Below are positions 46,362 through 56,865 of a DNA stretch of 64,000 nt, piece after piece. Each line of letters starts with the position of its first letter. The stretch's first letter is position 1. A model generated the notes under the pieces. It was not told where the DNA came from, made no database searches, and worked only from the letters and a program-made list of their open reading frames with translations. This DNA is from Bacteroidia bacterium. GTDB taxonomy: Bacteria; Bacteroidota; Bacteroidia; Flavobacteriales_D; JAUILH01. The translations under genes and the position numbers were made by a program. The stretch is from positions 19,682 to 83,681 of the forward strand of contig JAUILH010000001.1 of the NCBI GenBank assembly GCA_030433115.1, written 5' to 3'.

Positions 46362-47060
46362 ATGAATAAAGTAGTAGCCAACGCTGAAGAGGCGTGCAAA
46401 GGATTGGAAGATGGCATGACCATCATGTTGGGTGGTTTTGGATTGTGTGGCATTCCTGAAAACTGTATTGCCGAAATGGTAAAAACCGGCATCAAAGACA
46501 TTACATGCATTTCAAATAATGCTGGTGTAGACGATTTTGGTTTGGGCTTGCTACTGCAAAAGCACCAGATTAAGAAAATGATCTCTTCTTATGTGGGTGA
46601 AAACGACGAATTTGAGCGTCAGATGCTGAGCGGAGAACTGGATGTGGAGTTAATTCCTCAAGGTACTTTGGCGGAGCGCTGCAGAGCAACTGGAGCAGGC
46701 ATTCCTGCATTCTATACCCCAGCCGGTTACGGAACGGAAGTTGCCGAAGGTAAAGAGACCAGAGAGTTCAACGGAAAAATGTACGTTTTGGAAAAAGCCT
46801 TTGATGCTGATTTTGCGATCGTGAAAGCCTGGAAGGGCGATAAATATGGCAACCTGGTTTTCAAAGGAACTGCCAGAAACTTTAATCCCATGATGGCAAT
46901 GGCCGGAAAAATTACAGTGGCTGAAGTGGAAGAATTGGTGGAACCAGGTGAGCTAGATCCCAACTCAATTCACACACCAGGTATTTTCGTACAACGTATT
47001 TTCCAAGGAGAACGCTACGAAAAACGCATTGAACAAAGAACCGTTCGACCAAAGGCATAA
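46362..47060 (+). CDS. scoA: 3-oxoacid CoA-transferase subunit A
   Basis: '[13 protein letters not shown]', '[18 protein letters not shown]-like' and 'GDKYGNLVF' are typical of family I CoA-transferase alpha subunits. Confidence 0.85.
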   Translation: MNKVVANAEEACKGLEDGMTIMLGGFGLCGIPENCIAEMVKTGIKDITCISNNAGVDDFGLGLLLQKHQIKKMISSYVGENDEFERQMLSGELDVELIPQGTLAERCRATGAGIPAFYTPAGYGTEVAEGKETREFNGKMYVLEKAFDADFAIVKAWKGDKYGNLVFKGTARNFNPMMAMAGKITVAEVEELVEPGELDPNSIHTPGIFVQRIFQGERYEKRIEQRTVRPKA

Positions 47061-47062
47061 AC

Positions 47063-48862
47063 ATGCTGTCTCAGTTTAAAAACAAGGAAGCACTTGTTTA
47101 CTTAGGAATTTGTCTTCTTCTGTTTGTCTATATGGTTCTCAGAGCCATTTATGTGCCCATCGTTCACGATGAAGCTGTCACATTTTTTAACTACATCAAC
47201 ACTGGAAGATTCATTCCCTTGTACAACTGGCAATCCCATGCTGATGCCAATAACCATGTATTAAATTCTGCGATTTCAACGCTATTTTACAATTGGTTCG
47301 GACCAGGTTGGGGAGTGTATCGAATAGGCAGTGTACTGTCTATGGGTTTTCTGTTTATTTACCTCTGGAAAATTGCCCAATGGCTGAAAAATCAACGCAT
47401 TAGGTGGGTTTTCATCTTGTCTATTTTGGGCTCGCATTACTTTATGGAGTTCTTTTCTCTGACCAGAGGCTATGGGATGTCTATGGCTATGCTCGTGCCC
47501 GCGATTTACTATCTGTTCAGCTATTTGAGAACACCTTCTAACAAATACTTAGTTTGGTACGCCGTCTTCATGATTTTAGGTTTGCTGGCCAACCTTACAC
47601 TGGTCAACACTGCACTCATTGGTTTTTGCTTGATTGTCTTAAAGTGGGTGATTGATCCGGTGAAACCTAAGATCTGGACCTATCTCATTACTTTGATTGG
47701 TGTTCTTTTACCAACAATTGGATTCATTTTGCTTGGAATGAAGTACAAGGAAATGAACCTGTTGTATTACGGACAGGGTGATTCTTACTGGGAAATAACA
47801 GTCAATACATTTTTCGAACGATTTACTTTAATTGAGAACCTGAATTTGTGGGTATATCCGATCATTATGCCCATTTTATTGATCTCCCTTGTTTTGTTTG
47901 TAAAGCGAACGCTTGAACTTAAATGGGAAGCCATTCACAACTACCACGTATTATTTGCCGCATTGTTTTTTGGCAATCTGGCTGCATCAATCATCCAAAC
48001 CAGTTTCATGGATGTGAATTATCCGGAGGACAGGACGGCATTATTTTTCTTTCCCTTCATGATCGGAACGCTTTGTTTTCAAGCGAGCTACCAAACCTGG
48101 ACAAAATACCTTTGCCTTCCCTTGTTGTACCTACCCATTAACTTTATACTCACCATGAATTTAACCCATAATTCCTTTTGGAGATCTGAGCGGTTTACTG
48201 AAGAATTCTATATGGAGGTGTATAAAGACTATGAATCAACGGGTGAACAACCCACGGTAGGAGGTCACAACCTAAGACAGGTGGTGTGGGATTATTACAA
48301 TCATCAGAACGGTGGAGAACTGGGAAGAGTGCATATCCATGACTATGAACAAGACACTGTTTCGGATTACATTTTGGGCTACCTGCATGATGAGGCTCTA
48401 TGGGAAAAGCAATACGATCGAATCATGCACGATGAGTATTCTGACTTGTGCCTCTTCAAAAGAAGGACTAAGTTGACACCCAAAGTTGTTCAGGACTGGG
48501 GCACCCCTCAATGGCTCGATAATACCACTCAAGAATTTGTAAACTTCAACAGGTATTTTGCAGATGACATGGCTGGAAACCGATATCAAATTCAGTTTGA
48601 TTTGCTGTACCGTCCTAAAACACCACCCAATGATGCCAATCTTGTAGTTCAGGGAATAGATGCCAATGGAAAAGAAACCTGTCGGGATTACTTTTCTTTA
48701 GAACGTTTCAGAACAAATTTTGACCATAAAATTGAGTGCTTTCAAAAATTAAACACCCCAATCATTCCCGAAGGAACGGTAGAACTCAGAGTGTATTTAT
48801 GGAACGTGAATGAGGAAGAATTTTTGGTTCACAATGGTCGTGCGCGGGTTTTAAAGTATTAA
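47063..48862 (+). CDS. Large polytopic membrane protein with a C-terminal soluble domain; GT-C (ArnT/PMT-like) glycosyltransferase candidate
   Basis: ~12 TM helices. The first loop, 'VPIVHDEAVTFFNY', carries a DE motif like that of GT39/GT83 enzymes. It has a ~230-aa non-membrane C-terminus and starts 2 nt after the scoA stop. Confidence 0.45.
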   Translation: MLSQFKNKEALVYLGICLLLFVYMVLRAIYVPIVHDEAVTFFNYINTGRFIPLYNWQSHADANNHVLNSAISTLFYNWFGPGWGVYRIGSVLSMGFLFIYLWKIAQWLKNQRIRWVFILSILGSHYFMEFFSLTRGYGMSMAMLVPAIYYLFSYLRTPSNKYLVWYAVFMILGLLANLTLVNTALIGFCLIVLKWVIDPVKPKIWTYLITLIGVLLPTIGFILLGMKYKEMNLLYYGQGDSYWEITVNTFFERFTLIENLNLWVYPIIMPILLISLVLFVKRTLELKWEAIHNYHVLFAALFFGNLAASIIQTSFMDVNYPEDRTALFFFPFMIGTLCFQASYQTWTKYLCLPLLYLPINFILTMNLTHNSFWRSERFTEEFYMEVYKDYESTGEQPTVGGHNLRQVVWDYYNHQNGGELGRVHIHDYEQDTVSDYILGYLHDEALWEKQYDRIMHDEYSDLCLFKRRTKLTPKVVQDWGTPQWLDNTTQEFVNFNRYFADDMAGNRYQIQFDLLYRPKTPPNDANLVVQGIDANGKETCRDYFSLERFRTNFDHKIECFQKLNTPIIPEGTVELRVYLWNVNEEEFLVHNGRARVLKY

Positions 48863-48863
48863 A

Positions 48864-48900
48864 TCCTTCCCGGGTTGGTCGTTTGTTTACCCGGGAAGGA
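48864..48900. terminator. Bidirectional terminator hairpin between convergent genes
   Basis: TCCTTCCCGGG-15 nt-CCCGGGAAGGA: an 11-bp GC-rich stem, immediately after the stop at 48862 and 8 nt before the stop at 48908. Confidence 0.6.
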
Positions 48901-48907
48901 CAAGAGT

Positions 48908-49876
48908 TTATTCAACAATTACTTTTCTAAATGCTTGTTTTTTGTCTGACTGAACATTTAAAAAGTAGATACCTGTACTTAGATCACTTACATTCACTGT
49001 GTTTGATTGACTGTTGAGCGTGCCAGTCTTCACAACTTGACCACTTGAGCTAACCAAAGTAAAATTAACAGCTCCCTCATTGTCTTCCATATTTATAAAG
49101 AGTTGGTCGCTGGTTGGATTAGGGAATACGGACAGTTCTATGGTGTTATCTTCTTCATCGACCCCAACCGTAGGTTCATCCATATAGCCATATGAAGTAG
49201 GTGCTCCACCATCTATTGAAATGGAAGAAAAACTTAATATCGGGTTGTGAGTGCCCGGGAGATACCAAACGTAGATGTCAGAATCATAGTTAATAGTGGA
49301 AGGTGTTCCGGCTATGGTGTAGTCATCCTGGTAGTCTTGAACAATGTGAACGCGGACAACATTATTGTAAGTGCCTCCTGGTAAAACAAGCGTTCCGTAG
49401 CTGTCATAAGTCACAGAAATGGTTCCGGTTCTGTTAAACGTAATGCCCCCATTGGTAAACTGAGCGGCAAAATTATCTACATATGAGTCATTGTAGTTAA
49501 ACGGAAATCTGAGTAAATCTTCTCCATCACTATAAACGATCATAGTACTTGCATCTATGCCTACTTGGGTATAAGCGCTCGCACTTTGATTGTAGTATGC
49601 TCCCTGTGAAGTGGCAAGATTAGACATAGGAAAACTTGAGCCGTTGGGTGTGCTAGAAGGGCTCACATAGTCATAGGTTGTGGTGCCTGAACTTGATAAA
49701 CTGGAAAAATTCCAGGTTTGGTTGGCTCCTGAACTTCCTGCAGACATGTGGCTAACATTTTGATTAACGAATGACTCTCCAATGGTTGGCACCGTGTTGG
49801 CGTTAGTCAAGGTCGGTTGAGCCAAAGCACAAGATGTGGAGACTATGGACAGAATAGATAGGTAAATATGTTTCAT
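48908..49876 (-). CDS. Secreted protein with a T9SS type-A C-terminal sorting domain
   Basis: Signal peptide 'STSCALAQ'. The tail is 'LSVFPNPTSDQLFINM...GIYFLNVQSDKKQAFRKVIVE'. Confidence 0.65.
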   Translation of the reverse strand: MKHIYLSILSIVSTSCALAQPTLTNANTVPTIGESFVNQNVSHMSAGSSGANQTWNFSSLSSSGTTTYDYVSPSSTPNGSSFPMSNLATSQGAYYNQSASAYTQVGIDASTMIVYSDGEDLLRFPFNYNDSYVDNFAAQFTNGGITFNRTGTISVTYDSYGTLVLPGGTYNNVVRVHIVQDYQDDYTIAGTPSTINYDSDIYVWYLPGTHNPILSFSSISIDGGAPTSYGYMDEPTVGVDEEDNTIELSVFPNPTSDQLFINMEDNEGAVNFTLVSSSGQVVKTGTLNSQSNTVNVSDLSTGIYFLNVQSDKKQAFRKVIVE

Positions 49877-50064
49877 ATTGTTCTAATTGTGATTATAGGT
49901 GCAACTTAAAACAGGAACACCTGGCACATGGGATGTGTTTTCCGAACGTCAGAGATGACTTTCCCAAAAAATAAAACGGTTTTAGGTTTATCGCTCAGTT
50001 TATCCTGCATGGATTTTCAGAAAGAGAGAATGATTTTATTATCTTCATACCTCAAATTTGCACT

Positions 50065-50724
50065 ATGGCACTAGATAAAAATGGCATTGCCCAGAGAATC
50101 GCACAAGAATTAAGAGATGGATGGTATGTTAACCTGGGAATAGGAATTCCTACCCTAGTAGCCAATTACATTCCGGAAGGCGTTGAGGTGGAGTTTCAAT
50201 CGGAAAACGGCATTTTAGGAATGGGACCATTTCCTTTTGAAGGAGAAGAGGATGCAGATTTGATCAATGCTGGCAAACAAACCATCACTGCAAGGAAAGG
50301 GGCTGTCTATTTTGATTCGGCCACCAGCTTTGCCATGATCAGAGGACAACATGTTCAGTTGACAGTGCTTGGAGCCATGGAGGTGTCTGAAAATGGAGAC
50401 ATTGCCAATTGGAAAATCCCGGGACGAATGGTAAAAGGCATGGGAGGTGCTATGGATTTGGTGGCTTCTGCCGAAAACATCATTGTGGCAATGATGCATA
50501 CCAATAAAAAAGGAGAATCTAAGTTGTTGCCGAGTTGTTCATTGCCATTGACAGGTGTCGGCTGTGTGAAAAAGATCGTGACCAACCTGGCGGTATTGGA
50601 TATTGTTGAAGGTGGCGGATTCAAATTATTGGAACGTGCGCCGGGAGTGTCTGTTGAGGACATTAAGGCTGCCACCGCCGGGAAGTTAATCGTTGAGGGA
50701 GAGATTCCAGAGATGACACTCTGA
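50065..50724 (+). CDS. scoB: 3-oxoacid CoA-transferase subunit B
   Basis: 'VNLGIGIPTLVANYIP' and 'SENGILGMGP', where the Glu of SENG is the catalytic residue of family I transferases. 'GGAMDL' is also present. Confidence 0.85.
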   Translation: MALDKNGIAQRIAQELRDGWYVNLGIGIPTLVANYIPEGVEVEFQSENGILGMGPFPFEGEEDADLINAGKQTITARKGAVYFDSATSFAMIRGQHVQLTVLGAMEVSENGDIANWKIPGRMVKGMGGAMDLVASAENIIVAMMHTNKKGESKLLPSCSLPLTGVGCVKKIVTNLAVLDIVEGGGFKLLERAPGVSVEDIKAATAGKLIVEGEIPEMTL

Positions 50725-52625
50725 TGTCTGATTTAAAGGAAGAGAGGTTTTTACGTCTGTCGATTCTGGGTCAGCCCGTTTTATGGTTGGTACTATCTCT
50801 GCTCGTTTATTCAATCTACGTACTTGACTTAATTTATCAATCATCCGGTGTTTTGGATCCCGGAGACGGCATTAGTCACTACCATATTGCAAGGTGGTCA
50901 TGGGAATACCCAAGGCTGTTTTTACATCATTGGGGCAAACCGGTGTATACTTTACTAAGTTCTCCGTTCGCGCAGTTTGGCATTAAGGGTATGATGGTGT
51001 TCAATTGGTTCATCACGGTCCTTACATGCATCTACATCCACAAAATTTGTAACAAACTCAAACTTAAAGGCAGTCTGCTAGCTATTGTAATCACAGTGCT
51101 ATCACCGGTTTATTTTGAGGTACTCATGGCTGGTCTCACAGAGGCGCTCTGCGCCAGCATGCTGGTAATTGGGATCTATTACCTTCTGTCTCAAAAATAT
51201 TGGCTTGCCACAATACTCCTCTCGTTTACACCTTATGTGCGCACAGAGATGTACTTTATTCTGCCTTGGTTCGGACTGTACTTATTGTGTCAAAAACAAT
51301 GGAAAATGTGTTTGGGTCTCACAGTTGGAACCTTTGTGTACACAATTATTGGCGGTTTGTATTACAACGATTTTCTTTGGATCATCAATGAAATGACCTA
51401 TCTGGGTGTGGATAAGGACGTCTATGGAAGCGGTGAGCTGACCCATTTTTACGATAGGCGATATATGATATTCGGACAATGGGGGAGTAATTTGCTGCTC
51501 ATTGGGTTTGTGTCACTCCTCCTGAGAATGGCGTTTAGGAAGAGACTGAAACATTCGGATGTATCTCGAGAAATCAACATGCTCATTCTAATGTGGGGCC
51601 CCTTGGTCAGTTTATTCGTGATGCATTCTTATTTCTGGTACGATGGCGGATATGCGTCTTTGGGACTGATTCGAGTGATCATACCAGTGCTTCCGCTTGC
51701 AGGAATAGCTGGCATACATGGATTGTCCTGGCTTGAGTTAATCGATACTAAAAAATGGATTAAACCTTCGGTCATTTTTGTAGTCACGGTGGCAATAGGG
51801 TTAACCGCTTTTTCCAAACACATGGGTCGTCATACCTACCCTTTGGAACAGACCCCTTATGAAGCTGTGATTACGAAGGCGGCCGATTTCTATAAGACCA
51901 ATTATGAAGGTAGAAGGGTTCATTATTTTCACCCTTTGTTTTTGTTTAGAGCAGACATTTGTCCATTCGATGAGGCGAAGAGCTTCAAACCATATGGAAT
52001 AGAAGCAGAAGCGTATTCGAACAAAATGGCATTGGGCGAATTATTGGTGTGGGATAGTCAGTTCGGTATAGAACATGGATCTGTCCAACTGTCTGAGCTT
52101 ATGAACTGTCAGAATCTGAGTTTTGTTGGTGTTTTTACGGCCAAAGAACCCATTAAGGTATATAATGGTCAAGACTGGGGTGTCTATATTTTTGAGAGGA
52201 AAGATAAAGTGACGGTCACGGATACAGTTGTCCACCTATCAATGGCCAGGTCAGACTTTCAAACAAGATATAATAGCGAAAGATTTTCGGATTTATTGGA
52301 GCATAATTTCGTGGATCCCAATCCGGCAAGTATCTATCAGGCCAAGGTCAAGTTGACAATACGCGCTTTAACAGATGTGCCCTCAGGTACCTATACTTCA
52401 ACTACGGCAGTTATTCAGAATGGAGAAACCATGATGTATCGCGCTGAGGCAATTCCAAATATGACAATGGGAGATAATTATACAGCGCAATTTGAGTATA
52501 TTCTTCCAAATGGTTTAGAGACTAACGGTAACGTGCGTACTTACTTTGAAAATGCAAATTCGGGTCAGGCTCAATTCGAGATAGTGCACCTGGAATTGGT
52601 GATTATAAGTATGAAAGATTTGTAG
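50724..52625 (+). CDS. Large polytopic membrane protein with a C-terminal soluble domain; second GT-C-like candidate
   Basis: ~12 TM helices with '[14 protein letters not shown]' in the first loop and a ~190-aa C-terminal non-membrane domain. Its ATG overlaps the scoB TGA by 1 nt. Confidence 0.35.
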   Translation: MSDLKEERFLRLSILGQPVLWLVLSLLVYSIYVLDLIYQSSGVLDPGDGISHYHIARWSWEYPRLFLHHWGKPVYTLLSSPFAQFGIKGMMVFNWFITVLTCIYIHKICNKLKLKGSLLAIVITVLSPVYFEVLMAGLTEALCASMLVIGIYYLLSQKYWLATILLSFTPYVRTEMYFILPWFGLYLLCQKQWKMCLGLTVGTFVYTIIGGLYYNDFLWIINEMTYLGVDKDVYGSGELTHFYDRRYMIFGQWGSNLLLIGFVSLLLRMAFRKRLKHSDVSREINMLILMWGPLVSLFVMHSYFWYDGGYASLGLIRVIIPVLPLAGIAGIHGLSWLELIDTKKWIKPSVIFVVTVAIGLTAFSKHMGRHTYPLEQTPYEAVITKAADFYKTNYEGRRVHYFHPLFLFRADICPFDEAKSFKPYGIEAEAYSNKMALGELLVWDSQFGIEHGSVQLSELMNCQNLSFVGVFTAKEPIKVYNGQDWGVYIFERKDKVTVTDTVVHLSMARSDFQTRYNSERFSDLLEHNFVDPNPASIYQAKVKLTIRALTDVPSGTYTSTTAVIQNGETMMYRAEAIPNMTMGDNYTAQFEYILPNGLETNGNVRTYFENANSGQAQFEIVHLELVIISMKDL

Positions 52626-52660
52626 TTGACTTAAATTCCTTATTTTCGTTGCCACTCATT

Positions 52661-53383
52661 ATGATTCAAAAACTGTCCATAGTCATTCCTGCCTACAACG
52701 AGGAAAAAACCATTCATCTGATTTTGAACAAGATCAAAGCGGTTAAGTTGGTAAATGACATTCAAATGGAATTGATTATTGTCAATGACTGTTCATCTGA
52801 TAACACTAAGGAGGCCATTGAAGCTTATATGGCATCTAATCCGGATATGAACATTCAACTATTCAGTCAAGAAGTAAATAAAGGTAAGGGAGCCGCTTTG
52901 CACAAGGGAATAGAATTGGCCACAGGAGAATATTTAGTCATACAGGATGCGGATTTGGAGTATGATCCTGAAGAGTATAACAGGCTGCTTAAGCCCATTG
53001 TGAACGGGTTTGCAGATGTGGTATATGGTTCTCGTTTTCTTGGAGGGAATCCTCACAGAATTTTGTTCTACTGGCATTCTCGCGGGAACAAGTTTTTGAC
53101 CAATTTATCCAACATGTTCACCAATCTGAACTTAACGGATATGGAGACTTGTTATAAACTTATGAATACGGAAATAGCTCAAAGCCTTAAGCTAAAGGAA
53201 AAGCGTTTTGGTTTTGAACCTGAAGTGACAGCCAAGTTATCGCGTGTTCCAAACATCCGAATTTATGAAGTAGGTATTTCATACTATGGAAGAACCTATG
53301 AAGAGGGCAAAAAAATTGGTTGGAGAGATGGTTTTAGAGCCATCTGGTGTATCATGAAGTACAATATCTGGAGCAGAAAGTAA
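52661..53383 (+). CDS. GT2-family glycosyltransferase, polyprenyl-phosphate sugar synthase-like (DPM1/ArnC/GtrB type)
   Basis: '[14 protein letters not shown]', '[11 protein letters not shown]', 'NKGKGAAL' and the DxD motif '[12 protein letters not shown]'. Soluble, 240 aa. I chose the ATG at 52661. Confidence 0.7.
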   Translation: MIQKLSIVIPAYNEEKTIHLILNKIKAVKLVNDIQMELIIVNDCSSDNTKEAIEAYMASNPDMNIQLFSQEVNKGKGAALHKGIELATGEYLVIQDADLEYDPEEYNRLLKPIVNGFADVVYGSRFLGGNPHRILFYWHSRGNKFLTNLSNMFTNLNLTDMETCYKLMNTEIAQSLKLKEKRFGFEPEVTAKLSRVPNIRIYEVGISYYGRTYEEGKKIGWRDGFRAIWCIMKYNIWSRK

Positions 53384-53387
53384 GTCC

Positions 53388-55160
53388 CTAAGCGAATTTC
53401 TTCTTAATGTCCTCAATTTCCCCTTTCGGAATGGCATCAATCAATGTCTGAGTATATGCTGTTTTAGGATTGGCGTAAATTTCATCTGCAGACCCCATTT
53501 CCTCAATTTTCCCTTGATTCATCACAATCATGCGGTCACTCATGAACTTAACAACCGATAAATCATGTGAGATGAAGATGTAGGTGAAGCTGAACTCATT
53601 TCTTAACTCATTCAACAAGTTGAGAACTTGCGCCTGTACAGACACATCCAGAGCGGACACAGACTCATCACAAATTATAAATTGAGGTTTCAAAGCTAAA
53701 GTTCGCGCGATACAGATGCGTTGTCTTTGTCCACCTGAAAATTCGTGCGGATAACGATTAAAATGCTCGGATTTCAGCCCCACTTTTTCAAGTAATTCAT
53801 AGACATGCTGGCGCCTTTCTTCATGACTGTTATACACATTGTGTACCGTCATTGGCTCCAAAATCGCACTTCCAATTGTTTTCCTTGGATTCAAAGAAGA
53901 GTAGGGGTCTTGAAAAATGATTTGCATGTCCTCTCTCAGCGGTCTCATTTGTTTTTGAGAGTAGTCACTGATGTCTTGTCCTTTGTAAATGATTTGTCCA
54001 TCAGTGGGTTCGATGAGCTTAATGATGGTTCTGCCCAAAGTAGTTTTACCACAGCCAGACTCTCCGACAAGCCCCAGAGTCTCTCCGGGGTAAACATTAA
54101 AACTCACATCATCAACCGCCTTCACAAAGCTGGTGGGTTTCCCAAGAAAGCTTGTCCCACTTACAAAATGCGTTTTAAGATTTCGGACCTCCAGCAATGG
54201 TTCTTTACTGTAAATAATGTCGTGACGGGTTTTTCTTTCTTCGGGAGTTACAACTAAGTCGTTCACCAGCTCGTCTACCGACCTGTGTGTTTCAATGATG
54301 CGCCCATTCTCGTCACGCTTCATAAAATCCGAAACAGTTGGTAACCAGTGCAGACGCTTATCCAGTGGCGGTCTACACGCCAATAAACCTTTGGTATATG
54401 GATGCTGCGGATTGCTAAAAATATCTAGTACCTTGCCTTCTTCCACCACGCGACCTTTGTACATAACCACTACTCTGTCTGCCAGCTCAGCGATTACACC
54501 AAGATCATGTGTAATGAAAATAATCCCCATTTCGTGCTTTTTCTGTAGGGATTGCATCAATTCCAAAATGGTTTTTTGAACTGTTACATCCAGGGCAGTG
54601 GTGGGCTCATCAGCTATCAAAACAGATGGGTTACAGGACATGGCCATGGCAATCATCACACGTTGCTTTTGACCACCTGAAATCTCGTGAGGATAGGCCT
54701 TGTAAATTCTTTCCGGGTTGGGAAGTTGAACTTCTTTAAACAACTTAAGTACCAACTTTTTGGCCTCTTTTCGTCCCAGTTTTTGGTGCAACTGAATGGC
54801 CTCCAAGACCTGATTACCACAAGTAAATACTGGGTTTAGAGAGGTCATCGGTTCTTGAAAAATCATAGCCAGGTCGTTGCCGCGATATGATCTCATGTCT
54901 TTTTCTGACAGTTTCAAGAGATCAACTGCCTCTTCCCGACCATGGTAAATAATCTCTCCGTTCGTAATTTTGCCAGGTGGATTTGGGATTAACCGCATGC
55001 AAGATAAAGAGGTGACCGATTTGCCAGAGCCCGATTCTCCCACAATGCCAATGGTTTCTCCTTTATGCAGAGTAATGCTCACATTATTAACGGCTTTCAC
55101 ATGTTCGTTGTCCGTCCTAAATTCTGTGACCAGATTCTTAATATCTAATAGTGGCTGCAT
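53388..55160 (-). CDS. Tandem-ATPase ABC protein (fused DppD/DppF or YejF-like); no permease gene adjacent
   Basis: Two Walker A motifs ('GESGSGKS', 'GESGCGKT'), two signature motifs ('SGGQKQR', 'SGGQRQR') and two Walker B/D-loop motifs ('LIADEPTTALD', 'IICDESVSALD'). Confidence 0.8.
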   Translation of the reverse strand: MQPLLDIKNLVTEFRTDNEHVKAVNNVSITLHKGETIGIVGESGSGKSVTSLSCMRLIPNPPGKITNGEIIYHGREEAVDLLKLSEKDMRSYRGNDLAMIFQEPMTSLNPVFTCGNQVLEAIQLHQKLGRKEAKKLVLKLFKEVQLPNPERIYKAYPHEISGGQKQRVMIAMAMSCNPSVLIADEPTTALDVTVQKTILELMQSLQKKHEMGIIFITHDLGVIAELADRVVVMYKGRVVEEGKVLDIFSNPQHPYTKGLLACRPPLDKRLHWLPTVSDFMKRDENGRIIETHRSVDELVNDLVVTPEERKTRHDIIYSKEPLLEVRNLKTHFVSGTSFLGKPTSFVKAVDDVSFNVYPGETLGLVGESGCGKTTLGRTIIKLIEPTDGQIIYKGQDISDYSQKQMRPLREDMQIIFQDPYSSLNPRKTIGSAILEPMTVHNVYNSHEERRQHVYELLEKVGLKSEHFNRYPHEFSGGQRQRICIARTLALKPQFIICDESVSALDVSVQAQVLNLLNELRNEFSFTYIFISHDLSVVKFMSDRMIVMNQGKIEEMGSADEIYANPKTAYTQTLIDAIPKGEIEDIKKKFA

Positions 55161-55231
55161 AAGCCCCTAAAAGTAGCACGAATTATTGATATTGGCAAGC
55201 AACAGCAAAGCATTCAAGCCGATTACCTCAA

Positions 55232-55732
55232 TCAGATGTGTGACCTGCGGTGAATGTCTATCGAGATCAATGTGTCGCCTGGAAAAACGTTAATTTCTAT
55301 GAGTGAACGACCGTTTAATGGTAGCACCCAATTTTGAAAAGACGGGCTTTCATACAATGTGCCATTAAAACTTGTTAAGTGGGTTGCAATTCCAGCCAGA
55401 ATGGAGTCTTTATTGACAAAGTTGCTAAACTCAATGACCGCACTCGACAGAGTTCTTTCATGTAATTCGTAGCTAATACTGCGATCGTATAATTCAAAGT
55501 CGAATAGTTGATCTTGAAGAGACTTGTTTGATGGCACCAGAGTGCTATCAATTGTCAAATCAGGTAAAATGTAGTCGATTAGATGAGAACTGTCAAGTGC
55601 CATTACCTCTGTATAGAGCGGACCGCGCGTTTCAACTGCATCTGTTTTTTCAGCAGGATCACCAAGCTTTTTGTCTTCTGAGGAACAAGCCATCATACAG
55701 CAGCACACCAAACTGAACATCAATGCCCTCAT
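55232..55732 (-). CDS. Lipoprotein of unknown function
   Basis: Lipobox 'MMACSS'. Its ATG overlaps the exonuclease stop (ATGA, 55729-55732). Confidence 0.45.
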   Translation of the reverse strand: MRALMFSLVCCCMMACSSEDKKLGDPAEKTDAVETRGPLYTEVMALDSSHLIDYILPDLTIDSTLVPSNKSLQDQLFDFELYDRSISYELHERTLSSAVIEFSNFVNKDSILAGIATHLTSFNGTLYESPSFQNWVLPLNGRSLIEINVFPGDTLISIDIHRRSHI

Positions 55733-56448
55733 GATTCAATAATGTAATCATCATGGATGAGCGGTTTTCCCATAAACCTCAGTAAGAGCTGAATAACCGT
55801 CACCACATCTTTTTGGCAATAAACGGCAATTCTTTCCAGATCTTCTTCTTCATAATACACCCGAGCCACATCCGCACCACTGATGTCGTCTTTGGGTGTT
55901 GGAATTTTGAAAATATTCGCGAGAAGATTTAAGGAAGTGAAGTGCTTGAAATCTCCAAACTTCCACAGCTCCATAGTGTCTATATGATTGATTTCCCATG
56001 GTTTTTTGCCAGCGGTATCTAGCTTGTTCGGAAGTCGCATCCCATTGATAAGGAGCCTTCTGGCTATGTAGGGGAAGTCAAATTCTTTGGCGTTATGACC
56101 AGCGAGCATGTGTTGAGGTGAATTGTAGTAGGAATTGACCAAATCACAAAAACCTTTGAGAACTGCCTTTTCGTCATGGTCGCAAAACGACTTCAATTTC
56201 ACAATGGTTTCGCCTTTCTGTTGTGCTACCAGACCAACTGAAATACATACAATCTTACCAAACTCCGCAAAGATTCCTGCTTTTTCATATGCTTCCTCGG
56301 CAGAGATGCCATCTCGTTGTTGAAAATAACTGGATTTATGGTCCCAGAGTGCTTGCTTGGCCTCATCCATATCGCCATAGTTGTAGACCTCCGGAACAGT
56401 CTCAATGTCTAAAAACAATATGCGTTCTAAATCTAAGTTGTTGAGCAT
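55729..56448 (-). CDS. Stand-alone DEDDy 3'-5' exonuclease related to the family-B DNA polymerase proofreading domain
   Basis: Exo I 'LFLDIETV', Exo II 'GHNAKEFDFPYI' and Exo III 'YCQKDV'. Size is 239 aa. Confidence 0.7.
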   Translation of the reverse strand: MLNNLDLERILFLDIETVPEVYNYGDMDEAKQALWDHKSSYFQQRDGISAEEAYEKAGIFAEFGKIVCISVGLVAQQKGETIVKLKSFCDHDEKAVLKGFCDLVNSYYNSPQHMLAGHNAKEFDFPYIARRLLINGMRLPNKLDTAGKKPWEINHIDTMELWKFGDFKHFTSLNLLANIFKIPTPKDDISGADVARVYYEEEDLERIAVYCQKDVVTVIQLLLRFMGKPLIHDDYIIES

Positions 56449-56859
56449 TTATTGAATCATTACACCTTTTAGGTTGAGCACGGGAACACTGACAAAGTTT
56501 TCTTCCTTGATGCTCTCAGCCATAAAGATATACTTCTTATCGTAAATGAGTTTGCCTTTGTAAAAGCTCACCCAATATTCATTGCTCAAACCAAAAATGT
56601 CCTCCATAATAGGTTCAATTTTAAGGAAGCTTTTTGGCTCTATAAAGTCCCTGAAATGGCTCAAAGATGAGGTTTTGAAATTCTTCCCTGTGGTATGGTC
56701 AACACCATAGCCCCGTGAAGATACCAGAATGTTGTCTAAACGATCTTCTCCCAAATTAACCAGGTACGCAAACCACTCCTGCCCACCGATTTCATTTGTT
56801 TCCGGTGCAATAACCATGGCCAAATCTTCCACTTTGGGAATGATGATGTCTTTTTTCAT
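56449..56859 (-). CDS. Hypothetical protein (136 aa), directly abutting the exonuclease gene
   Basis: ORF whose stop is immediately followed by the exonuclease start (TAAATG). No recognisable motif. Confidence 0.4.
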   Translation of the reverse strand: MKKDIIIPKVEDLAMVIAPETNEIGGQEWFAYLVNLGEDRLDNILVSSRGYGVDHTTGKNFKTSSLSHFRDFIEPKSFLKIEPIMEDIFGLSNEYWVSFYKGKLIYDKKYIFMAESIKEENFVSVPVLNLKGVMIQ

Positions 56860-56865
56860 GAAACC

